Part shown: positions 1-10,578 of the stretch, piece after piece
Position numbering within the stretch: position 1 is the stretch's first letter
How the letters are laid out: each line of letters opens with the position of its first letter
NCBI GenBank assembly: GCA_944390835.1
Contig: CALXQT010000024.1
Location: forward strand, 3,037-67,036
Direction: 5' to 3'
Length of the DNA: 64,000 nucleotides
Source: an uncultured Alphaproteobacteria bacterium
GTDB taxonomy: Bacteria > Pseudomonadota > Alphaproteobacteria > Rs-D84
Position numbers and translations under genes: made by a program
The notes under the pieces: model-generated
Databases searched by the model: none
What the model was told of the DNA's origin: nothing
What the model saw: the letters and a program-made list of their open reading frames with translations, nothing else

Positions 1-223
1 TCATGGTTAGATATACGTGTTGATTTTTAGCCGAAATATTTATATCTAACCGGTTTTTACCGGATATTTCTCCAATATATATAATATGAATAGGTTTTTT
101 ATATGTTTTATTAAAATCTGTATTTTTTAACGTCGACAAGTCTGGACAAAAAACACCGTCACGAAAAACAACTGTTTCCGCTGGAAAAGTTTTTATATTG
201 AATTCATCCCACATGTATGACAT
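1..223 (-). CDS. Hypothetical protein, N-terminal part only (gene runs off the window start); N-terminus reads MSYMWDEFNIKTFPAETVVFRDGVFCPDLSTLKN...
   Basis: Hand translation of the minus strand from ATG (rc of 221-223) is open to the window edge. It is not in the ORF track because it is truncated by the edge. Confidence 0.35.
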   Translation of the reverse strand, partial: MSYMWDEFNIKTFPAETVVFRDGVFCPDLSTLKNTDFNKTYKKPIHIIYIGEISGKNRLDINISAKNQHVYLTM

Positions 224-250
224 ATTATCAACATTATAGAGGAAATAAAT

Positions 251-1330
251 ATGGGATTCAATTGCGGAATTGTGGGGTTACCAAATGTTGGTAAATCTAC
301 ATTGTTTAATGCACTAACACAAAGTGCCGCGGCTGATGCACAAAATTATCCTTTTTGTACGATTGAGCCAAATACAGGACGGGTTATTGTCCCTGATGTA
401 ACTTTGCATAAATTAGCGAATGTCGCTAAATCTCAAAAAATCATACCTACTCAACTTGAAATAGTTGATATAGCAGGATTAGTGAAAGGTGCATCTGCTG
501 GTGAAGGTTTGGGTAATAAATTCTTAGGTAATATATTATCAACAGATGCCATAATTCATGTTGTAAGATGTTTTGAAAATGATGACATTGTGCATGTAAA
601 CGGTAAAATAGACCCTTTATCAGATATAGATACAATTGAAACAGAATTAATGCTTGCGGATATAGAAAGTCTTGATAAGCAAATGAAAAACCTTGAAAAA
701 AAAGCGCATGGTTTAGATAAAAATGCTATTAAACAACTAGAAAATGCAAAATCCATAAGAGATGGGCTTGCGCGTGGTGTTCCTGCGCGTGATTCTAATA
801 TTGATGCTTCACAGTTTAATTTATTAACAGCTAAACCAGTTATATATGTATGTAACGTTGATGAAAATTCTGCTGCAACCGGAAATAAATTTTCTGACGC
901 TGTTAAAGAAAAATACGGTACTACTTCCGCTGTATTGGTTATATCTTCAAAAATAGAAATGGAGATAGCACAAATAGTAGATCCGTCAGAACGTAAAATG
1001 TTTTTAGAAGAGTTGGGTTTAAAAGAGTCTGGCTTAGATCAAGTTATAAGAACTGGATATGCAACACTTGGTTTACAAACGTTTTATACAATTGGTCCAA
1101 AAGAAGCACACGCATGGACTATTACAAAAGGTATGACAGCACCACAGGCTGCAGGTAAGATTCATACTGATTTCGAAAAAGGTTTTATTCGTGCTGAGAT
1201 AATCTCTCCGTCTGACTTTATTGAATTAGGTGGAGAGGTTGCCGTTAAAGAAGCTGGTAAAATGCGTCTTGTTGGCAAAGAATATATTATGCAAGAAGGT
1301 GATATTTGCCATTTCTTGTTTAATAATTAA
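251..1330 (+). CDS. ychF: Ribosome-binding ATPase YchF (Obg-family GTPase)
   Basis: N-terminal G1 motif GLPNVGKSTLFNALT, a TGS-like C-terminus, and length 359 aa. Confidence 0.9.
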   Translation: MGFNCGIVGLPNVGKSTLFNALTQSAAADAQNYPFCTIEPNTGRVIVPDVTLHKLANVAKSQKIIPTQLEIVDIAGLVKGASAGEGLGNKFLGNILSTDAIIHVVRCFENDDIVHVNGKIDPLSDIDTIETELMLADIESLDKQMKNLEKKAHGLDKNAIKQLENAKSIRDGLARGVPARDSNIDASQFNLLTAKPVIYVCNVDENSAATGNKFSDAVKEKYGTTSAVLVISSKIEMEIAQIVDPSERKMFLEELGLKESGLDQVIRTGYATLGLQTFYTIGPKEAHAWTITKGMTAPQAAGKIHTDFEKGFIRAEIISPSDFIELGGEVAVKEAGKMRLVGKEYIMQEGDICHFLFNN

Positions 1331-1356
1331 AAAGGCCGGTATTTACCGGTCTTTTT
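1329..1356. terminator. Bidirectional intrinsic terminator (A-tract, GCCGGTATTTACCGGT stem-loop, T-tract)
   Basis: Perfect stem ccggta..taccgg flanked by A5 and T5 right after the ychF stop. Confidence 0.7.
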
Positions 1357-1693
1357 ATTTTAAAATACTTTCTTGTTTTATAATTTGTGAAATTGAAGTA
1401 GAAATAGACATAAGATTAAAATTTTTATCTAAAACAACTTCTCCTTTATGTGGTTTATATAAATCAAATTTATTCTCACAAACATTATATATTATTGGGT
1501 CCCAAACTATTTGCTTTTTACCGTTTTCTTCTTTTTGTATACATATTTGAAACCGTTTTAAAGAAGAATGTGTTTTTTGTAACATATTTAATATATCTGA
1601 TAATTTTACAGGCAACATATTATTAGGTACAAAATAAGATGAAATTTTTGTTTCTCCTACTTTGCGAAAAAGATAAATATATTTTTTATTCAT
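1355..1693 (-). CDS. Hypothetical 112-aa protein immediately downstream of dnaG (probably co-transcribed)
   Basis: ORF starts 4 nt after the dnaG stop on the same strand. No recognisable motifs. Confidence 0.35.
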   Translation of the reverse strand: MNKKYIYLFRKVGETKISSYFVPNNMLPVKLSDILNMLQKTHSSLKRFQICIQKEENGKKQIVWDPIIYNVCENKFDLYKPHKGEVVLDKNFNLMSISTSISQIIKQESILK

Positions 1694-1696
1694 TTT

Positions 1697-3313
1697 TTAT
1701 ATTGATATAAGAGTATCTATTTTTTGTTGAGCTTCATCTAGTTTTTTATCTATATTTTTTATTTCTTCAATAATATCTTCACCTGATAATAAACGAGAGG
1801 TTAAATCCTTTTTTTCAGATTGTAGTTTTTCTATATATTTTTGTAACTTTAGTGAAACTATATATTTTTCTGCTGATTTTTCACCCATATTCATATCTGG
1901 TGTGTTTGAATCGAAATCGATACCAAGATTGGCAAGAAAATCACCGTATCTTTCCGCAATTTCTGGATATTTATTTACAATGAAAATAACTGTATTTTTT
2001 GTGATGTCGTCTATCTGAGGTAATTCAATATTTATTATTTTCTGTGATGATTTTTTCCATTTATGCCAAGTATTGAATTTTCTAGAATCATATTCATGTT
2101 CGTATTCATTACGTAAATCAGAGTCTGTAATTTTTTCTATTTTTTGTTTTAAAAATTTTTCAGCTTGTGTTCGTCCACCTGGTGTAGATACATTAAAACC
2201 TGCATTTGCGAGACTCCATAAAAAATCAACCAAAGGTGTTGCCTGATCTATTGTTTTACGCATTGCAGGTTCGCCACTTGTTTTCAAAACATCGTCAGGA
2301 TCTTTTCCGCCTGTAACAAAAGCAAATTTTACTTCTGATGCATCACGCAAAAAAGGTAAAACAATATCGCATGCACGTGCAGCCGCTTTTTGACCAGCGG
2401 CGTCACCATCAAAGCAAAAAATTATATTTCTATTAGATTTACATAATATTGCGATATGATCTTCTGTCAGCGCAGTACCAAGTGGGGCAACTGTTTCAGG
2501 AAAACCGTGACATTGCATTTGTATTGCATCTATTTGACCCTCAACCACTATGCTGCGATTGGCGCGATGAATCGCATCACGTGCAAAATTAAAACCGAAT
2601 ATAGTTTTTCTTTTATGAAATAACTCTGTATCACTGGTATTTATATATTTAGGTTCGCTGCCGTCCAGACTGCGACCAGAAAAAGCAACTATTTGATTGT
2701 GGGCATTAAATATAGGAAACATTAATTTATCGCGAAAAAAGTCGTACATTCCGAAGTCGCCACGTCTGCACAAACCAGTCGCTAATAAAGCATCTTGTTT
2801 AAGATTTATAAATTTATTTGCAATTATATTATTTTTAGGCGCATAACCAATACGATATTTTTTTATCATATCATCTGTAAAACCACGTTTCTTTATATAA
2901 TTTAAAGCAGTTTCACCTTCTGGTTCGAATAATTTTTTCTGATATATATCACAGGCATCAGACATTATTTGATAATAAGATTCTTCTCGCCTAACCTGCT
3001 CTACTGGCTTTGGCTTATAATCAGGCATTTTTAAACCAGCTTGTGCCGCAAGTTCTGTAATAGCTGTTTTGAAATCAACGTTTTCTGATTTCATTACAAA
3101 AGATATAATGTCTCCATGTTCACCACATCCAAAACAATGATAAAACCCTTTGTCTTCATTTACAGAAAAACTTGGTGTTTTTTCATTATGAAACGGACAA
3201 CACCCCCAATAATTTTGACCTTTTTTTACCAATGGAACACGACGACTTATAACATCAACAAGTGACAGACGTTCTCTTAATTCATCGGTAAAATTTCTGT
3301 CATATTTAGCCAT
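1697..3313 (-). CDS. dnaG: DNA primase DnaG
   Basis: CHC2 zinc finger CCPFHNEKTPSF, a TOPRIM region, 538 aa. Confidence 0.9.
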   Translation of the reverse strand: MAKYDRNFTDELRERLSLVDVISRRVPLVKKGQNYWGCCPFHNEKTPSFSVNEDKGFYHCFGCGEHGDIISFVMKSENVDFKTAITELAAQAGLKMPDYKPKPVEQVRREESYYQIMSDACDIYQKKLFEPEGETALNYIKKRGFTDDMIKKYRIGYAPKNNIIANKFINLKQDALLATGLCRRGDFGMYDFFRDKLMFPIFNAHNQIVAFSGRSLDGSEPKYINTSDTELFHKRKTIFGFNFARDAIHRANRSIVVEGQIDAIQMQCHGFPETVAPLGTALTEDHIAILCKSNRNIIFCFDGDAAGQKAAARACDIVLPFLRDASEVKFAFVTGGKDPDDVLKTSGEPAMRKTIDQATPLVDFLWSLANAGFNVSTPGGRTQAEKFLKQKIEKITDSDLRNEYEHEYDSRKFNTWHKWKKSSQKIINIELPQIDDITKNTVIFIVNKYPEIAERYGDFLANLGIDFDSNTPDMNMGEKSAEKYIVSLKLQKYIEKLQSEKKDLTSRLLSGEDIIEEIKNIDKKLDEAQQKIDTLISI

Positions 3314-5574
3314 TATTTATTTGGTGTCCTTTTGAATTTTTTTGTTGTTTTTTTGTTGTTTATTAAGTCAATAGCCGTTTCTAAATCTGGTTTTTCTTTA
3401 ACTGAAACATTTACTCTATTGGATGAAATATACGCACCGTATCTACCAGTTGGATAATAAAATATAGGTTTTCCAGTTACGGGATTTTCACCGATATTTA
3501 TTGGTTCTGACTTTTTTGTCCCATTTTCTAATAGTTCGTTTGCTATATCCAAAGTTATAGTTTCAGAAGTATATTGTTTTGCAGGAACATTCTTTTGCCC
3601 ATCTGTAACGTATGGACCAAATTTACCAATCCTGAAAGAAATTCCATTACCTAAATCAATATTTGTATTTTTGTTTTTTTCTATCTTTTCTTCAGTTTGT
3701 GTTTTTGTATCAATATCGATAAGTTTTTTTGTATAATCACATTTTGGATAGTTTTCACAACCTATAAAAGCCCCATACTTTGATAATTTAATACCAAGTT
3801 TTCCACCACATTTTGGACATTTGTCGTTACCATCAACAAACAAGTGATCGTGCATAACTTCATTAATAGCATTAATTATTTCTGTTGTTTTTACACCCTT
3901 TGCGTCATCTATCATAGATGAGGTTGGAGTCCAGAAATTACGTAAAGCGTCTAACTTATTTTGTTTTCCGTTTGATACGTCATCTAAAGTATCTTCTGTT
4001 TTTGCAGTAAAATTAACATCAACAAGATCTTTAAAGTATTTAGACAAATATGCAGAAAGAACCCAACCACCAGATGTCGGATGAAAACGACGTTGTTTAT
4101 CTTGTTCAACATACTTTCTATCAACTATAGTAGACATAATTGTAGCATATGTAGATGGGCGACCGATACCAAGTTCTTCTAGTTTTTTTACCAACGATGC
4201 TTCTGTGTAACGTGCAGGTGGTTGAGTAAAATGTTGTTCTGGCAATAAATCAATAATTTTGATTTCATCATTAATAGATAACGTGGGTAATTTAGATTCA
4301 CCATTTTCTTCCGCATCATCTTTATCTTCTGTATAAACTCGCATAAAGCCGTCAAATGTACGCGTTGTACCAACAGCATGAAATATAGATTTTTTGTTTC
4401 TTGTTTCTATATCTGCAGATACACTATCAAATTCAGCGTTTGACATTTGACACGCAATTGTACGTTTCCATATTAAATCATATAATTTTGCTTCATCACC
4501 AGTTAGTTGCGTTTCTGGTTTATCAAAATGTGTCGGGCGAATTGCTTCGTGTGCTTCTTGGGCGTTTTTCGATTTCGTTATATATACGTTTGGTGTTTTA
4601 GGTAAAAATGATTCACCATAAGTTTTTGATATGTAAGCACGTATATCATCTATTGCCTCGGCAGATAAGTTTGTTGCATCTGTACGCATATAAGTTATTA
4701 AACCCTGTTCGTATAACTTTTGTGCGGTCGCCATAGTTCTTTTAGAAGAAAAATATAACTTTCTGGCCGCTTCTTGTTGTAATGTACTTGTTGTGAATGG
4801 TGCCGCGGCGCGACGTGACGTTTTCTTTTTATCAATAGAAATTACATTTGCCAAGATTTCTGGTTTGCCAATTTTATCTAAAATATCATTCATCTGTGAA
4901 TGATTTTCTATTGTCATTTTTTCAATTTTTTTACCGTCAACATTAGATAATTGGGCATTAAAAGTAGTGTTTTTTATATTACAAGCTGCGGTTAAAGACC
5001 AATACTCAATCGGTTTGAACGCTTCTATTTCTTTTTCACGATCAACTACTAATTTTACCGCTACAGATTGAACACGACCAGCACTGCGTCCTAAATTTCT
5101 ACGCCATAATAAAGGTGATATACTGAAACCAATTAAATAATCTAATGCGCGCCTAACAAGATACGCATCGACTAAATCTTTATCTATTTCACGTGGGTGT
5201 GCAATTGCATCCATTACAGCTTTTTTTGTAATTTCATGAAACGCTACACGATATACCTTTTTCCCATCCAGTACTTTTTTAGAATTTAATATATCTAAAA
5301 TATGCCAAGCAATAGCCTCTCCTTCTCTATCCGGATCTGATGCAAGATATACAGCATCAGCTTTTTTTAATTCATTTGTTATTTGTTTTATCTGTTTTTC
5401 TTTACCTGGCATAATTTGCCATTGCATAGCAAAGTCTTTTTCAGGGTCAACACTTCCATTTTCTGGAACAAGATCACGCACATGACCGACAGACGCAATA
5501 ACTCGCCATCCTTGGCCTAAGTATTTTTCAATCGTTTTTGCTTTTGAAGGAGACTCTACTATCAACAGGTTCAT
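3313..5574 (-). CDS. topA: DNA topoisomerase I (TopA) with C-terminal Zn-ribbon repeats and a Lys-rich tail
   Basis: N-terminus MNLLIVESPSKAKTIEKYLG is a TOPRIM; C4 zinc ribbons CPKCGGKL...CENYPKC. The true start is probably ATG at 5574, since the track ORF extends 24 codons upstream into rodA. The stop overlaps the dnaG start (TAATG). Confidence 0.9.
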   Translation of the reverse strand: MNLLIVESPSKAKTIEKYLGQGWRVIASVGHVRDLVPENGSVDPEKDFAMQWQIMPGKEKQIKQITNELKKADAVYLASDPDREGEAIAWHILDILNSKKVLDGKKVYRVAFHEITKKAVMDAIAHPREIDKDLVDAYLVRRALDYLIGFSISPLLWRRNLGRSAGRVQSVAVKLVVDREKEIEAFKPIEYWSLTAACNIKNTTFNAQLSNVDGKKIEKMTIENHSQMNDILDKIGKPEILANVISIDKKKTSRRAAAPFTTSTLQQEAARKLYFSSKRTMATAQKLYEQGLITYMRTDATNLSAEAIDDIRAYISKTYGESFLPKTPNVYITKSKNAQEAHEAIRPTHFDKPETQLTGDEAKLYDLIWKRTIACQMSNAEFDSVSADIETRNKKSIFHAVGTTRTFDGFMRVYTEDKDDAEENGESKLPTLSINDEIKIIDLLPEQHFTQPPARYTEASLVKKLEELGIGRPSTYATIMSTIVDRKYVEQDKQRRFHPTSGGWVLSAYLSKYFKDLVDVNFTAKTEDTLDDVSNGKQNKLDALRNFWTPTSSMIDDAKGVKTTEIINAINEVMHDHLFVDGNDKCPKCGGKLGIKLSKYGAFIGCENYPKCDYTKKLIDIDTKTQTEEKIEKNKNTNIDLGNGISFRIGKFGPYVTDGQKNVPAKQYTSETITLDIANELLENGTKKSEPINIGENPVTGKPIFYYPTGRYGAYISSNRVNVSVKEKPDLETAIDLINNKKTTKKFKRTPNK

Positions 5575-5578
5575 AATC

Positions 5579-6724
5579 TTAACTTCCTTTTGCAGATAAT
5601 TGTTGGTCTTTATGGATATGAGCATTTTGGCATAACCCGAACCCAAACATCAGTGATAACAAGCTGCTACCGCCAAACGACATTAATGGTAACGGTACAC
5701 CGACGGTTGGCATTAATCCTAAAACCATAGAAATATTTATAAAATAATAAATGAAAAAGTTCAACATAAAACCAAAACATACAAGTTGACCAAATCGATT
5801 TCTACATGTTTTTGCGCACCAGAAAAGGACTAATATTATAATCGTATAAAGCATTAATAAAGCAAATGCACCAAAGAAACCAAACTCTTCTCCTAACATG
5901 GTAAAGATAAAATCTGTTTGTTTTTCTGGTAAAAAAGATTGTTGAGATTGCGTTCCTGATAAATAGCCTTTTCCAAGCATACCGCCAGACCCAAAGGCTA
6001 TTTTTGCTTGATTTATTTGATATCCAGCACCCTGGGCATCGTGGTCTGGATTTATAAACGTGATAATTCTGTCACGCTGATAGTCGTGTAATCCGCCATA
6101 CCATACCAAAGGCGCAGCCATTAACCCAAGTATTATCGCGATAATAAACCACTTTTTTTGAGCACCAACTATATAAAACATTCCTACAGTAATCATTCCC
6201 AGTGATAATGCCGTCCCTAAATCAGGTTGTGCAACGATTAATAAAAATGGGATAAGCAACATTGCTGTGGGAACCGCATAATTTTTTATTTGTGTTAATT
6301 CTACAGAGTTCATCCATGCAAAATAACGTGCCAAAGCCAATACCAATGCAATTTTTATTAATTCTGATGGCTGTATGTGAAAAAAACCAAGGTTTAACCA
6401 TCTTTGGGCACCCATACCAGTATGCCCTACAAATGTAACAAGGATTATCATTATTAGAGCAATTATATATATAATATATGCGGACTTTATCCATGTTTTT
6501 ATATTTGTAAAAGCTGCAAAAAAGAATACCCCAAATCCTAGAATTATTTTAATCAGTTGAGATAAAGCAAATGGTTGCCAAGAACCGCCACCTGCAGAAT
6601 ATAAAATCACTATTGATATGGCTAATATCAAACACATTGGAATAAACATTGCCCATGAAAAACGATTAAGTTTTTCAGGAAAACTCATCATGTTAGCGTT
6701 TGAAACACGTGTTTGTCGTGCCAT
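5579..6724 (-). CDS. mrdB: Peptidoglycan glycosyltransferase RodA (SEDS family)
   Basis: Ten-TM SEDS protein directly downstream of mrdA. Contains motifs GFFHIQPSELIKIALVLALARY and QPDLGTAL. Confidence 0.8.
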   Translation of the reverse strand: MARQTRVSNANMMSFPEKLNRFSWAMFIPMCLILAISIVILYSAGGGSWQPFALSQLIKIILGFGVFFFAAFTNIKTWIKSAYIIYIIALIMIILVTFVGHTGMGAQRWLNLGFFHIQPSELIKIALVLALARYFAWMNSVELTQIKNYAVPTAMLLIPFLLIVAQPDLGTALSLGMITVGMFYIVGAQKKWFIIAIILGLMAAPLVWYGGLHDYQRDRIITFINPDHDAQGAGYQINQAKIAFGSGGMLGKGYLSGTQSQQSFLPEKQTDFIFTMLGEEFGFFGAFALLMLYTIIILVLFWCAKTCRNRFGQLVCFGFMLNFFIYYFINISMVLGLMPTVGVPLPLMSFGGSSLLSLMFGFGLCQNAHIHKDQQLSAKGS

Positions 6725-6725
6725 T

Positions 6726-8501
6726 TTATTTATTTTCCTTTAATAGTGCACGCATTGTTGCTGCAACAGTTCTTGCTGCTGGACCGCTGCTACCAGAATG
6801 TTCTGTTATTGCGCATACAGCATATTTGGGTTTGTTTGTTGGTGCGTAGCCAACAAATAAACCATGGTTACGCATGTTCCATTTTAATTGGTCATTTGTT
6901 AACACACCACTTTCACGTTCTTCTCGTGAAATACTGCGGACCTGGGATGTCCCTGTTTTTCCACCCATCCGTTGTCCTTTTACATTTATTGCACTTCCTG
7001 CGGCAGTACCACCTGTTTTTGTTACCTGCTCTAGTCCTGATAATATTGATTGAATGTTTTTTTTCTGTAGGCCAAGATTTGCAAATTGTGGTTTTTCATC
7101 TGTTAAAATTAACCTTGGCATTACTACCTTATTAGATGCTGTTCGCGCCATCATTATTGCCAGCTGTAAACAGTTTGTTAGTGTAAATCCCTGACCAATT
7201 CCAGAAATAATAGTATCGCCATGTACCCATCTGTAACCTATTGCTTCTTCTTTCCAATACCTATCTGGAATTATTCCTGGCATTTCTCTAGATAATATAC
7301 CGTCCATATATTTTTGAGTGAACCCAAGCTTTATTGCCATATCTTTAATAGAATCAATACCTATTCGTAAAGCAAGCTGATAAAAGTATATGTCACAAGA
7401 ATGTTTTAAAGCATCAGAAAGGTTTACCCAACCATGACCTTCTGCTTCCCAACAGTGATAACGTCTATCACCGTAATCCCAATGACCAGGGCAGTATATT
7501 TTTTCGTTTGCTGTTATTGCGCCAGCTTCAAGCGCTGCTAAAGCAACAACTATTTTGAAAGTTGAACCTGGTGGATATAAACCTTCTATTGTTTTGTTCA
7601 TAAAAGGCTTCATATAATCTTTTCGTAAAGAATCGATATATTCTTCACCATCATCGGCACTAAACATATTTGGATCAAAACTTGGTGCGGATACCATTGC
7701 TAAAATATCACCTGTTTCAATATCCAGCGCAACCCCACAGCCTGAACGATGTTGCATTAATGCATCATACATAGCTCGTTGAGCATCATCGTTAATCGTA
7801 GTATGTAAATTTTTACCTATTATTGGGGAACGAAATTGGGTTTTATCTTCACCAGTTATTCGACCAACTGCATTAGCTATCATCACAGTCTGTCCAGGTG
7901 TTCCTGCAAGTTCGGTGTTATATCTTTTTTCAAGCCCCGTGATACCAGTCGTCATAAAAGGTGCGTTTGGCACAGGTTCGTTTGGTGCCCCCACGTAACC
8001 GAATATTTGTGCACCAGCAGGACCCATTTCATACACACGGGTAAAACCAGCTCTTACATGAATACCAGGAATATTTTTAGCCTGTAATTTTGCTAGTTCT
8101 GACCAATTAGAATTTTCACTTATTAAAACAGGTTGAAAAGCAGCTTGTTTTTTTATTTGTTTATAGATGCGATCTATTCGTTTTTGTTTTAATTTTAATT
8201 CTTTTGCAACGGTGGATATAGTGTTTTCTAAATCCATAATTTCTTCTGGTATAATATATATTCTATAAGTTTGAGTATCACGTGATATAGGTGTTCCGGA
8301 TGCAGATAAAATTTTTCCGCGCTCAGGCATATTTATCTGGATTCTGAATGAATTATTTTCGCTTTTTTTTGTGTATTCACGATAATCAAACAACTGCATC
8401 TGTAACATTCGCATGACAAGAGCAGACGTTAATATTGCACCAGCTGTTAAAAACAGAGCGCTGCGTCTATCAAAAAGGCGTGCAACTTCTTTATCTATCA
8501 T
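6726..8501 (-). CDS. mrdA: Penicillin-binding protein 2 (elongasome transpeptidase)
   Basis: STFK active-site motif, SGS/KTGT motifs, an N-terminal TM anchor, and synteny mreC-mreD-mrdA-rodA. Confidence 0.9.
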   Translation of the reverse strand: MIDKEVARLFDRRSALFLTAGAILTSALVMRMLQMQLFDYREYTKKSENNSFRIQINMPERGKILSASGTPISRDTQTYRIYIIPEEIMDLENTISTVAKELKLKQKRIDRIYKQIKKQAAFQPVLISENSNWSELAKLQAKNIPGIHVRAGFTRVYEMGPAGAQIFGYVGAPNEPVPNAPFMTTGITGLEKRYNTELAGTPGQTVMIANAVGRITGEDKTQFRSPIIGKNLHTTINDDAQRAMYDALMQHRSGCGVALDIETGDILAMVSAPSFDPNMFSADDGEEYIDSLRKDYMKPFMNKTIEGLYPPGSTFKIVVALAALEAGAITANEKIYCPGHWDYGDRRYHCWEAEGHGWVNLSDALKHSCDIYFYQLALRIGIDSIKDMAIKLGFTQKYMDGILSREMPGIIPDRYWKEEAIGYRWVHGDTIISGIGQGFTLTNCLQLAIMMARTASNKVVMPRLILTDEKPQFANLGLQKKNIQSILSGLEQVTKTGGTAAGSAINVKGQRMGGKTGTSQVRSISREERESGVLTNDQLKWNMRNHGLFVGYAPTNKPKYAVCAITEHSGSSGPAARTVAATMRALLKENK

Positions 8502-8949
8502 TGTATACCCCTTTGATAAGTGCGGTTATCGGTATGTATAAAGTTGATACCCACGCAAACAACCATACTGCACGCATAAGATTGTCTATGTTTATGTGTA
8601 ATAAAGATAATATAAATGTTGCGATACCGAAAAATATCATAAATACATTGATAGCGTTTTTATCAACCCTGGTTAAATCAAAAAAGGTTTGAAAACCATT
8701 TATCGCGTAAAAAAGACAATACATTATAGTCCAATAAAATAACGTATCAAATCTATAGTCTATTAAAAAACAAAACAATAATGCAAAAGGCGCAAACCAA
8801 GGTACAGGCCTAACGAAAGAACAATAAAATATAGGAATAATAGCCAATATACCAGCAGGGTTCCAAAACGCGATAGAAAGGCGCCATAATACAATAACGG
8901 CGATAAAAGGAAAAACATCGCGCAAAAATTTTATTATTTTTTCTTTCAT
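8491..8949 (-). CDS. mreD: Rod shape-determining protein MreD
   Basis: 152-aa polytopic membrane protein between mreC and mrdA. Identified by position and hydrophobicity. Confidence 0.6.
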   Translation of the reverse strand: MKEKIIKFLRDVFPFIAVIVLWRLSIAFWNPAGILAIIPIFYCSFVRPVPWFAPFALLFCFLIDYRFDTLFYWTIMYCLFYAINGFQTFFDLTRVDKNAINVFMIFFGIATFILSLLHINIDNLMRAVWLFAWVSTLYIPITALIKGVYNDR

Positions 8950-9770
8950 TATTTATATTCGTTCTGTGTATCAAACTGTAATATAATTACACGAGATAAA
9001 GTTTTTGGATGTACGACTTTTACATCTGTTTCATTTATCATTTCACCTACAAGAATACCACTAGGTAAAACCCCGCTTATATTACTGGTTAATAATTTTA
9101 TACCTGCTGATGGTTGAAATTGCGGATCACTAAAAAATCCCATTGTCGGCGTTGCAGATCCGTTTCCCTGAAGAAAACCATATACTTCTGAGCCTGCAAT
9201 TCTTACTGCCACATTTGTGGAAGAATCTATTAATGACCGTACGCGTGAAAAGTAAGGGGCAACGTCGGTTATGATACCAACCAGCATACCATCTGTCGAT
9301 ACCACAGCCATTCCTTTTGATAAACCATCACGAACGCCTTTGTTTATAAAAAAAGTACTATGTTGAAAGGCTGTATTATCATAGGTTACATCTGCAATAA
9401 TTGCTTTACGTGGTTGGCTTTCTACTATATCTAATTCGCGTGATAATTTTTGATTTTCTGCGATTGCTACGTCACAGATGTTTTTGTTTCTTAAGGCGTC
9501 GTCTAGTCTTACACGTAATTCCTCGTTTTCTGTTCGTAGATTAGATAACTCTCGTATATTTTCGGCAGCCGACCCGACGGCACGTATTGGCCACGTAATT
9601 ACATCCCCAACCCAATTTGCCACCGGTAATACAATATGAGCAAGCCCATTCATTATTTTATAGTCTGGTTTAGCAATCATTATATATATAAACAGAATTG
9701 GCAAAACTGCCGCTGCAAAAGCGGACTTTACTATTGTTCGCAGTCTAGAAGATAATTTATTCTGGTTCAT
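8949..9770 (-). CDS. mreC: Rod shape-determining protein MreC
   Basis: N-terminal TM, a coiled-coil (ENEELRVRLDDAL), and a beta-rich C-terminus; synteny with mreD/mrdA. Confidence 0.8.
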   Translation of the reverse strand: MNQNKLSSRLRTIVKSAFAAAVLPILFIYIMIAKPDYKIMNGLAHIVLPVANWVGDVITWPIRAVGSAAENIRELSNLRTENEELRVRLDDALRNKNICDVAIAENQKLSRELDIVESQPRKAIIADVTYDNTAFQHSTFFINKGVRDGLSKGMAVVSTDGMLVGIITDVAPYFSRVRSLIDSSTNVAVRIAGSEVYGFLQGNGSATPTMGFFSDPQFQPSAGIKLLTSNISGVLPSGILVGEMINETDVKVVHPKTLSRVIILQFDTQNEYK

Positions 9771-9867
9771 CGGGCATAAGTGTAGACGCTAAAAAGCAGA
9801 TATTCAATAAAAACTTGATTTTTCATTTAAATATGCCAAAATAAAGCCCGTATTAGACAAACCGAAA

Positions 9868-9884
9868 TGGCAATGGCATTGCCA
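9868..9884 (+). promoter_or_regulatory. Palindromic stem-loop TGGCAATGGCATTGCCA in the rpmI-rplT leader (candidate L20 operator or attenuator)
   Basis: 7-bp perfect inverted repeat with a 3-nt loop, 25 nt upstream of the rpmI start. Confidence 0.3.
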
Positions 9885-9909
9885 TCAGGTAAACAAAAAG
9901 AGGTGAAAA

Positions 9910-10113
9910 ATGCCAAAGTTAAAAACGAAGTCGTACATGAAAAAACGTGCGTCTATGACTGCAACTGGTAAAATTCGTGTTGCCAGAAATGCCCACAAGA
10001 AATTGCTACGTAATAAATCTAAGCGTGCAAATAACGCTGGATCTAAAGCGCAGTACTTAAATGATAACATGGTTGGTCAGGCAAAAATCTTGGCCCCATA
10101 TGGATTGAAATAA
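9910..10113 (+). CDS. rpmI: 50S ribosomal protein L35
   Basis: MPKLKTKSYMKKR...; 67-aa basic protein. Confidence 0.9.
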   Translation: MPKLKTKSYMKKRASMTATGKIRVARNAHKKLLRNKSKRANNAGSKAQYLNDNMVGQAKILAPYGLK

Positions 10114-10130
10114 TTTAAGGGGGTAGATTT

Positions 10131-10499
10131 ATGGCAAGAGTTAAACGCGGAACAACCGTAAAACAAAAACATAATAAGATTTTGGCACGTGCCAAGGGTT
10201 ATTTGGGACGTCATAGCACAACATATCGTGCAGCGCGTGAAAAAACAGAAAAAGCCGGACAGTATGCATATCGTGATCGTCGCGTAAAAAAACGCGAATT
10301 TCGTGGTTTGTGGATTGTTCGTATTAACGCTGCTGTTCGTAACAATGGTATGACATATAGCCAGTTTATGAACGGTCTGAAAAAGGCTGGAATCGCTTTG
10401 GATCGTAAGGTATTGGCCGAAATGGCGTATGCTGGTGATGCAAATTTCATAAAATTGGTTGAAACAGCAAAACGATTTACTTCTGCCGAAGCTAAATAA
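10131..10499 (+). CDS. rplT: 50S ribosomal protein L20
   Basis: [18 protein letters not shown]... is the classic L20 N-terminus. Confidence 0.9.
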   Translation: MARVKRGTTVKQKHNKILARAKGYLGRHSTTYRAAREKTEKAGQYAYRDRRVKKREFRGLWIVRINAAVRNNGMTYSQFMNGLKKAGIALDRKVLAEMAYAGDANFIKLVETAKRFTSAEAK

Positions 10500-10534
10500 T
10501 GCCTTGGCGGCAGGTGATTTATTTTGTATTATAA

Positions 10535-10560
10535 AGCCGTCAAATGACGGCTTTTTGTTT
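10535..10560 (+). terminator. Intrinsic terminator after rplT (AAAGCCGTCAAATGACGGCTTTTT)
   Basis: Stem GCCGTC/GACGGC followed by a T-run. Confidence 0.7.
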
Positions 10561-10578
10561 TAATTTAAGGTAAAAGTT

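Noticed and set aside
5575-5646. Upstream 24-codon extension of the topA ORF overlapping the rodA 3-prime end
   Set aside because: The conserved topoisomerase N-terminus begins at MNLLIVESPSK (ATG 5574). The extension is not conserved-looking and would overlap rodA by about 70 nt.
6713-7135. 140-aa Leu/His-rich ORF antisense to mrdA, and similar shadow ORFs (6222-6494, 7836-8087, 17485-17835, 19586-19879)
   Set aside because: These are shadow ORFs within conserved genes. AT-rich genomes produce many stop-free antisense frames.
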